From positions 9,819-73,818 of the IMG/VR virus record IMGVR_UViG_3300010376_000002: a stretch of 64,000 bases of DNA; one strand, 5' to 3'. A model generated the notes under the pieces. The model saw only the letters and a list, made by a program, of their open reading frames with translations, did no database searches and had not been told where the DNA came from. This document shows, piece by piece, positions 58,166 to 64,000 of this stretch. This DNA comes from a virus (taxonomy: Duplodnaviria; Caudoviricetes). Within the stretch, counting starts at the first letter, position 1. The number at the start of each line of letters is the position of its first letter. A program made the position numbers and the translations under genes.

Positions 58166-58918
58166 ATGGCTGTTCCGGTTCCCATCACTCTCACGCTCAA
58201 GCCTCCACCGCTCGGTTGGGTCGCCCAAAGTCCCAACAAGTATGCGGAACTGGTCCAGCTCGTCGCGGCTAACCTGAGTGGTTCGATGGACGTTGAGCTG
58301 CTTACGGGAAAAGTCGGAGGCTCACAACCTTCTAGCGATCTCGGTCCCTGGCTTAATAACCAAAAATGGTACGTATACGGCTCGCACGGTTATCAACCGA
58401 GCCAGCAAGGCGCACCCATTGGAACGGTCGCTATCTGGAGCAGCTATTACGGCGCCACTCCCTATCCTGATGGCTGGCTTTTCTGCTCCGGCCAAAGCGT
58501 TTCGACGACAACTTTTAGCGCGCTTTTCAATGCGATTGGCTATTTGTGGGGCGGAAGCGGAGCAAACTTCAATCTGCCTCCTGGCGGCGTCTTCTATTTC
58601 AATTGCTCGGGCGCGCTTATGGATCCGCTCGCTTTCCCTCCCAACGGAGGATTCCTTCATGCCGGCCAAGAAGGAGGCGCACTTTCTCAAAAGCTGAGCG
58701 GCACCAATATGCCGAGACTCAAAATTACGATCCCTTACCTGTACCCGAATATCATAGACGGCAGCGGCACTAGCCTTGGGGATATCAGCGGACCTACTCC
58801 TCTTGCCTACGATTATCCGGTGCAAGCCGAGTTCGGACCTCCGGTCGGTTCGAATCAACAACCCGTCGCGACTGTGCCCCCTTACGTCGCGATCTTCTAC
58901 ATCATCAAATATCAGTAA
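58166..58918 (+). CDS. Tail collar domain protein 2
   Basis: PIGTVAIW..PDGWLFCSGQSVS.TTFSALFNAIG..WG...FNLP. Confidence 0.9.
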   Translation: MAVPVPITLTLKPPPLGWVAQSPNKYAELVQLVAANLSGSMDVELLTGKVGGSQPSSDLGPWLNNQKWYVYGSHGYQPSQQGAPIGTVAIWSSYYGATPYPDGWLFCSGQSVSTTTFSALFNAIGYLWGGSGANFNLPPGGVFYFNCSGALMDPLAFPPNGGFLHAGQEGGALSQKLSGTNMPRLKITIPYLYPNIIDGSGTSLGDISGPTPLAYDYPVQAEFGPPVGSNQQPVATVPPYVAIFYIIKYQ

Positions 58919-59721
58919 TGGCTGTCCCTCTTCCAGTTGGTCTTTCAGTCGGAGCTGTTCCCATCGGCTGGGAAGGCAACCTGCCGGACCTTTTCAATTT
59001 GATTCAAGCTTCGTTCCAAGCCGAGCTGGATCCGACCTTTCTCATTGGAAAGGTCGGAGGCAACATGCCAAAGCACGATATCGGCCCGTGGTTCGACGGA
59101 AAAGGTTGGTGGTTCTTCGATCCGCTCGCTGGCCAATACACTCCTGATCAACAGGGAATGCCGATCGGTTCCATCGCGATGTGGGGCGGTTACGGAAACC
59201 AGATTCCGGCTAATTGGCTTTCCTGCTACGGACAAGAGGTTTCTCGTTTCACCTATTCATTTCTGTTCAATGCGATCGGTGAGACTTGGGGTCCAGGCGA
59301 CGGAGCGAGCACCTTTAACTTGCCGCCGGGCGGAGTCTTTTTTGTCAACGCCGCTGGCTTTTCCGCTCAAGCACAAGTGCCCTTGAACATGTTGCCAGCG
59401 GCACCGGGACAAACGCCGGTGCAATCCTCTCCAGAAGGAGTTGCCGCAATCGGCGGTTCGCAGACAACCGGCCTGCTCCCAAGCGACATGCCTGGCATGC
59501 AAGTCATTCTCAAATTAGTGACCCAGAATTACGCGAACGGCTCACCAACTACCCCAGGCACTCCCATCGCCAACATCCAGAAAGCACAAGCCGGTTTTTC
59601 GACCGGCCAAGCCGATATGCCGATTGTCGATATGTCGAATAACCCCACTGGATCAAATCAGAAAAACTTCTCGGTCATGCCCCCCTATGTCGGCATCAAC
59701 TTCATGATCAAATTTCAGTGA
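58918..59721 (+). CDS. Tail collar domain protein 3
   Basis: PIGSIAMW..PANWLSCYGQEVSR.TYS.LFNAIGETWG.GDG.STFNLP. Confidence 0.9.
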   Translation: MAVPLPVGLSVGAVPIGWEGNLPDLFNLIQASFQAELDPTFLIGKVGGNMPKHDIGPWFDGKGWWFFDPLAGQYTPDQQGMPIGSIAMWGGYGNQIPANWLSCYGQEVSRFTYSFLFNAIGETWGPGDGASTFNLPPGGVFFVNAAGFSAQAQVPLNMLPAAPGQTPVQSSPEGVAAIGGSQTTGLLPSDMPGMQVILKLVTQNYANGSPTTPGTPIANIQKAQAGFSTGQADMPIVDMSNNPTGSNQKNFSVMPPYVGINFMIKFQ

Positions 59722-60104
59722 GAAGCGCGCACCACATCCGCCAGATCCGCATCGATTCAGCCGAAGCGCTCGATGTCGCCTTGATCAGAGAATTTGCCGA
59801 GGATTGTGGCATCGAGATTTTACCGCGCTTTCCGCTCTGGATCGTCTTCGTAGACGGGCAACCCGCGGCGTTCTATTACGCCGCTCAGCAGGTTTGCATC
59901 TATCCCACGGTGCATCCGACTCGGATGAGTCCGCGCGCGTTCTACGAGGCGGCCTGCGCAATCGCGTCCGCGACCCAAGACAAGTACGGCAATCCCGTCT
60001 GGCTTATCGATGAGCACTCCAAACTCAACGTGCCGGCGATCTTGAAAAAAGTTGGACTCTTGGCGAAAGCGCTCGCAGTATACGAACCGGAACGAGGTCG
60101 CTAA
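59718..60104 (+). CDS. Small protein, possibly GNAT-fold, preceding ejection genes
   Basis: Position typical of podovirus pre-ejection genes; GTGA/TAATG coupling. Confidence 0.5.
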   Translation: MRSAHHIRQIRIDSAEALDVALIREFAEDCGIEILPRFPLWIVFVDGQPAAFYYAAQQVCIYPTVHPTRMSPRAFYEAACAIASATQDKYGNPVWLIDEHSKLNVPAILKKVGLLAKALAVYEPERGR

Positions 60105-60736
60105 TGCCTACTACGGCGCCAACGATGCCCCATTATCAGCAGCCGGGTCCGATGCCGGCATTCGTGGGCGCAAATCCGCAAAATATCGAGCAAGGCGCGG
60201 TCTCGATGGATCAACAGGCTTACGGATTGAGCGATACCGACTTCAAACAGCGCTACCCACAGTTGTGGCAAAGTCAGCAGACGTTTCTCGACAACCTAAA
60301 AAACCAGATAAGCGGGAACATCAACCCGCAGATGCAGAATGTCTGGGCGAGATCTGGCCTAGCGGGCGCTTTGGGTTCAACCGGCGGCTGGAGTCTAGGG
60401 ACAGGGACGACGGGAATGGCGAACATTGCGAGAAATTTGGGGCTCAATCAGATGGGCTACCAACAGCAGGTCTTGAATCAATTCCAGACGGCGAACGACA
60501 CCTTCCGGCCGCGGACGTTCGGACTCTCCGGCGCCGATGCTGCGCAGATAGCACTTGCTAACATAGCGGGCCAAAACAATTTCAACCAGGCAAACTATGC
60601 TTATAAAGTACAAGCTAGCCAATACGAGACCGGACTTGCCGCGCAGCAAAGTGTTATGAGCGCTAATGCCAGTAATGCCCAAACCTCGAATATCATCGGC
60701 GGAATCGCCGCGGCCGCGGTTGTTGCCTTGGCTTGA
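60104..60736 (+). CDS. Probable DNA ejection (internal virion) protein
   Basis: Gln/Asn/Gly/Ala-rich; hydrophobic GGIAAAAVVALA end, P22 gp7-like in composition. Confidence 0.55.
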   Translation: MPTTAPTMPHYQQPGPMPAFVGANPQNIEQGAVSMDQQAYGLSDTDFKQRYPQLWQSQQTFLDNLKNQISGNINPQMQNVWARSGLAGALGSTGGWSLGTGTTGMANIARNLGLNQMGYQQQVLNQFQTANDTFRPRTFGLSGADAAQIALANIAGQNNFNQANYAYKVQASQYETGLAAQQSVMSANASNAQTSNIIGGIAAAAVVALA

Positions 60737-60757
60737 AGAGCATGCCAGGAAAAGAGT

Positions 60758-61996
60758 GTGGACACTCAAGCCTACTATGTTAACTACGATCGATCTTGCC
60801 TCCGTGCTGAGCGTGCTCGCCACTTGTGGCGTCTGCCTTATTCCACTTTGCTCGAGTTCGGGATCTCCAGCTACCGGGACATCACCGAACTCGATACCAT
60901 CGGCATCCCGGTTTGGGTCGCGTACCGACCACCGAGCACCTCGATCAGCGTAACGTGCGGCAAATCGATTGATCCGCTTCTGGCTTTTGCGGGCGCAATT
61001 ACCGAAGCACTCGAGTTTTGGGCGGCTGAAAACCCCAAGGATAGTCCCTGCACTCTGTGTGCTTATTCGCGTCTAAAGGAGAAAACAGAAGCCGAGCATT
61101 TAGCACTCGAAGACTATCCCTTGGCCCGTGATAACATCATCGACGAGCAAACACCGATTGCTTGGGAGCTAGTCACTAAGCTTGGCGCCGGCGCCAAAAC
61201 CGTTTGGATGCCCTCTAACGTGATTTGGTTAGTTGATCGCGCCCAAGCTCAGTTTCAAGACGTGCAGCAAAGCTCAAATGGCTTAGCGGCAGGTTGCACT
61301 CTGGAAGATGCACTTCTGCAAGCTATCTATGAGCTAGTCGAGCGTGACGGTTGGACGATCAACGAACATATTCGCGAGGTGACCGGCCGATTTCCGCGCA
61401 AGATCAACCTCGCTAACCTCCCTTCGGAACTCGCCGATCTGGTCGCTAAGATGCGGGCCGCCGGCTGTCATCCGTTTTTGTTCGACTGCAAAAGCAATTT
61501 GGAAATCCCGGTCATCGGCTGCGCTCTCTTTGACGACGACAACGTCGGCACCTTCGGTGGCTATGGTTGTCACCTTTCTCCTCGTGTCGCGGCTGGGCGG
61601 GCGCTAACCGAGGCTGCGCAATCGCGGCTTTGCTACATTTCCGGAGCTCGGGACGATTTGTATCGACGCGATTTTCTTCTAATGAAGCGTAGCTCAAGTA
61701 AGTGGATTGTCTCGCAACTCGAAGCCCTGAAACCGACTTACAGAACTTGGGCCGAATATCCGGCCAAGTATGAAAGCTTCAACTCCGTTCGCGACGAACT
61801 GATGGAACTAGTGAAAATTCTCACGAACCAGCGAATCGACCTCTACTACAAAACACTGCACACTTTGGAACTCGGAGGCGAATCCGTCGTGGTTGTCAAA
61901 GCAATCGCCCCAAAACTCGAAGGCGTTTGGTGCGGCTCTTGGCAAACTACCGGACGGGCTACTTCACACTTAGCAAATGAACTTGGAACAACCTAA
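60758..61996 (+). CDS. ycaO: YcaO-family ATP-dependent amide-activating enzyme, TfuA-associated type
   Basis: ITELDTIGIPVW, GKS..AITEALE, SSNGLAAG.TLEDALLQAIYELVERDG, GGYGCH..VAAGRALTEAAQSRL.YISGARDDL. Confidence 0.93.
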   Translation: MDTQAYYVNYDRSCLRAERARHLWRLPYSTLLEFGISSYRDITELDTIGIPVWVAYRPPSTSISVTCGKSIDPLLAFAGAITEALEFWAAENPKDSPCTLCAYSRLKEKTEAEHLALEDYPLARDNIIDEQTPIAWELVTKLGAGAKTVWMPSNVIWLVDRAQAQFQDVQQSSNGLAAGCTLEDALLQAIYELVERDGWTINEHIREVTGRFPRKINLANLPSELADLVAKMRAAGCHPFLFDCKSNLEIPVIGCALFDDDNVGTFGGYGCHLSPRVAAGRALTEAAQSRLCYISGARDDLYRRDFLLMKRSSSKWIVSQLEALKPTYRTWAEYPAKYESFNSVRDELMELVKILTNQRIDLYYKTLHTLELGGESVVVVKAIAPKLEGVWCGSWQTTGRATSHLANELGTT

Positions 61997-62234
61997 AAGT
62001 TATACTTGCCCGAAGTGCGGAATGGTCAGCTATAATCCGTATGACATCCGCGACAAATATTGTGGCAACTGTCATCTCTTCGAAGGCGAGAGGAGACTTT
62101 TCTTTAAAGCTGCGGATGGGCGACTGTTTGAGTGTCCGATTGACATCGGACTTCCCAAGACAATGGACGAATTCCAACGACAATTGCTCGAACTAGCCCA
62201 TCGAATGGAAGAGGAACGTGGACGACCAACCTGA
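61977..62234 (+). CDS. Small Zn-ribbon protein between ycaO and tfuA
   Basis: TCPKCG...YCGNCH. Confidence 0.65.
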   Translation: MNLEQPKSYTCPKCGMVSYNPYDIRDKYCGNCHLFEGERRLFFKAADGRLFECPIDIGLPKTMDEFQRQLLELAHRMEEERGRPT

Positions 62235-63567
62235 GAAAGTCCTCATCTACGCCGGGCCGAGTCTCGACTACGGCACGATTGCCGAACAGCTTCCCGATTG
62301 CGAAGTCATCGTCAAAGGCCCGGTGCGCCACGGTGACTTCTCAACCGACTTGCTCGAGTGCGAACCTTCGCACGTCCTAATCATCGAAGGACTCTTTCAT
62401 CAAAACCTCAGTGTCTGGCACAAGGAGATTGTGTGGGCACTGCAAATGCCAGGCATCAAAGGCATCTACGGTGCGGCCTCGATGGGCGCATTGCGCGCGG
62501 CCGATTTGGCGCCGTATGGGATGATTGGCTGCGGCCGCATCTTCCGTTGGTTCTACGAAGGGATCACTTTCAAAGAAGCGGACGTCGCGTCTGCTTACGG
62601 TTTACGTACCGATGCCAATGTCATCTCGAGTGCTCTCACTGTTCCGATGGTCAACGTTTACGGTGCACTTCTCAAAGCGCTCGAAGACGGAGTAATCGAC
62701 GAAGGGACCGCAGAATATTTTGTCAGGCAAGAACGCGCAGTCCACTGGACGCAACGCACGCTTCGGCATATGGACCCGAACCTTGCGAAACTGATCGAGC
62801 AGCACGACCAGAAAAAGATCGACGCTCTCGAACTCTTATGCACCTTTCGCAAACTCGAGCCGGAGCCCGGTGCTACGAAGCTCGGCATCGAGGCTCTCTC
62901 GGGTTTGTTTACCGCCCAGTTTGAGCGCGATCGCTCGGTCAACGTCGGCGGCCGCCCGGTCAAGCTTCAGGATTTGGATGCGTTCGTGATGCTTCACGAT
63001 CAGGAGTACGACCAGCACTCGGCAAATGCCGATTACCGGATCCTGGCGCTAATGCTTGCCGACATCTACCGCATTACTCTTTCCTACACCGAACTCGATA
63101 CCGAGTGGCAACGCTTTAACGTCCGAATGAATCTGCGTTCGCTCGAAGAGCACAACCAATGGCTCAAGGACAACCATGTTAACGCCCGCGAATTGGTGCG
63201 AATTTTGTCAGACGAGGTACGGCTTCGGAAGTTGCGCCGGGCGCTTATGGTGCGTTCTGGGCCAAGGCGACATACCCAGAGACTCCTTGACTATCTCAAG
63301 CTTAACCGGAACTACACCTATTGGGCTAACGCCGCGGCCGCGCACGAAGAACTCATCGCCCAGAAAGGCGGAGAAGAATCACTCGAGCTCGGCGGTGAAA
63401 CCAACGTAGCAATCCTACTGAATCAGCACGCGCGTAAAGCTGGATTGACGATCCCTACTAGTCTGGGAGAATATGTCCGCGAGGCAGGCTTTGGAACGGT
63501 GCGCGAACTGATGGTCGCGTTATCGCGCGACAAGCTTGGCGACAATGCCGAACTTCCTCGACAATAG
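62218..63567 (+). CDS. tfuA: TfuA-like protein with a ~200-aa helical C-terminal extension
   Basis: YAGPSL, PVRHGD, VWHKEI..AL, YGAASMGALRAADL..YGMIGCGRIF, VPMVNV. Confidence 0.93.
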   Translation: MDDQPEKVLIYAGPSLDYGTIAEQLPDCEVIVKGPVRHGDFSTDLLECEPSHVLIIEGLFHQNLSVWHKEIVWALQMPGIKGIYGAASMGALRAADLAPYGMIGCGRIFRWFYEGITFKEADVASAYGLRTDANVISSALTVPMVNVYGALLKALEDGVIDEGTAEYFVRQERAVHWTQRTLRHMDPNLAKLIEQHDQKKIDALELLCTFRKLEPEPGATKLGIEALSGLFTAQFERDRSVNVGGRPVKLQDLDAFVMLHDQEYDQHSANADYRILALMLADIYRITLSYTELDTEWQRFNVRMNLRSLEEHNQWLKDNHVNARELVRILSDEVRLRKLRRALMVRSGPRRHTQRLLDYLKLNRNYTYWANAAAAHEELIAQKGGEESLELGGETNVAILLNQHARKAGLTIPTSLGEYVREAGFGTVRELMVALSRDKLGDNAELPRQ

Positions 63568-64000
63568 TCTAGCAGCACTCAACCGCGGCTATCAGCTAAT
63601 GTACGGTAGCGACGGGCGGCTCTATCAGGTGCCCGTCTCGAACCAAACCTACTTCGGAGGTCAACAAGCACCGGCAACGCCGACGCCAAGTCCGACTCCC
63701 GCTCCGCAACCGACGCCAACGCCATCGCCAACTCCGGTTCCTCCGCAACGCACTCCAACTTACGTTGGCGGCATTCCGTTAACCTACGCCGCACCGGTCG
63801 CTCAGAATCCAGAGGTCGGACAGTGGGACACCAACATGGGTGCCGTGGATCCGGCCGCACCGGTCAGTCCCGAGAACACGCTGGCTAGCGTCAACTTGTT
63901 GTCACCGGTTAAACCGGCAATGGCAACGAGTGTGAATCTGCCGGCCTTCACTCCGCTTCAGCAATCCGGACAGGATGGACAAGGTGGACAAGGTGGACAA
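63545..64000 (+). CDS. Untracked ORF truncated by the window end; Pro/Thr-rich with GQG repeats, probable virion/ejection protein
   Basis: ATG at 63545 gives MPNFLDNSLAALNRGYQLMYG...PATPTPSPTPAPQPTPTPSPTP...GQGGQGGQ, open to 64000. Confidence 0.75.
   Translation, partial: MPNFLDNSLAALNRGYQLMYGSDGRLYQVPVSNQTYFGGQQAPATPTPSPTPAPQPTPTPSPTPVPPQRTPTYVGGIPLTYAAPVAQNPEVGQWDTNMGAVDPAAPVSPENTLASVNLLSPVKPAMATSVNLPAFTPLQQSGQDGQGGQGGQ

Noticed and set aside
1-64000. Stop-codon reassignment, CRISPR array, DGR/reverse transcriptase, integrase/att
   Set aside because: Long ORFs read through in the standard code and end in all three stops; no regular repeat-spacer array, RT motif or recombinase was seen.
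1-64000. Impression that CTAG/GCTAGC is frequent
   Set aside because: It cannot be judged without k-mer counts, and the visual impression may match expectation.

Overview
The window is a gene-dense segment of a tailed dsDNA phage genome, probably podovirus-like. It has no tape-measure gene but does have a P22-gp10-like nozzle and candidate ejection proteins. Recognisable genes include the large terminase, probable portal, scaffold and major capsid protein, tail fibre and tail-collar proteins, glycan-hydrolysing spikes, a Bet/RecT annealase, an SF2 helicase, a VRR-NUC nuclease, three HNH nucleases, a KTSC protein, three glycosyltransferase-like proteins (one fused to an FkbM methyltransferase) and a 1691-aa polyvalent protein. 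I saw no integrase, DNA polymerase, endolysin, canonical tRNA or CRISPR array, and the host cannot be determined from the sequence. Two things stand out. (1) A complete YcaO + TfuA pair, a peptide-backbone thioamidation machinery, sits inside the virion/ejection-protein operon (60758-63567). (2) A 125-nt non-coding element just upstream of the portal gene (34534-34658) folds like the tRNA-like domain of tmRNA (G3.U70 pair, A73, stemless D-loop, perfect T-arm) but has no room for a normal mRNA-like domain. A near-perfect parS palindrome, a structured capsid-gene leader and a sigma54-like site are also noted. All family calls come from motif recognition by eye, not from database searches.
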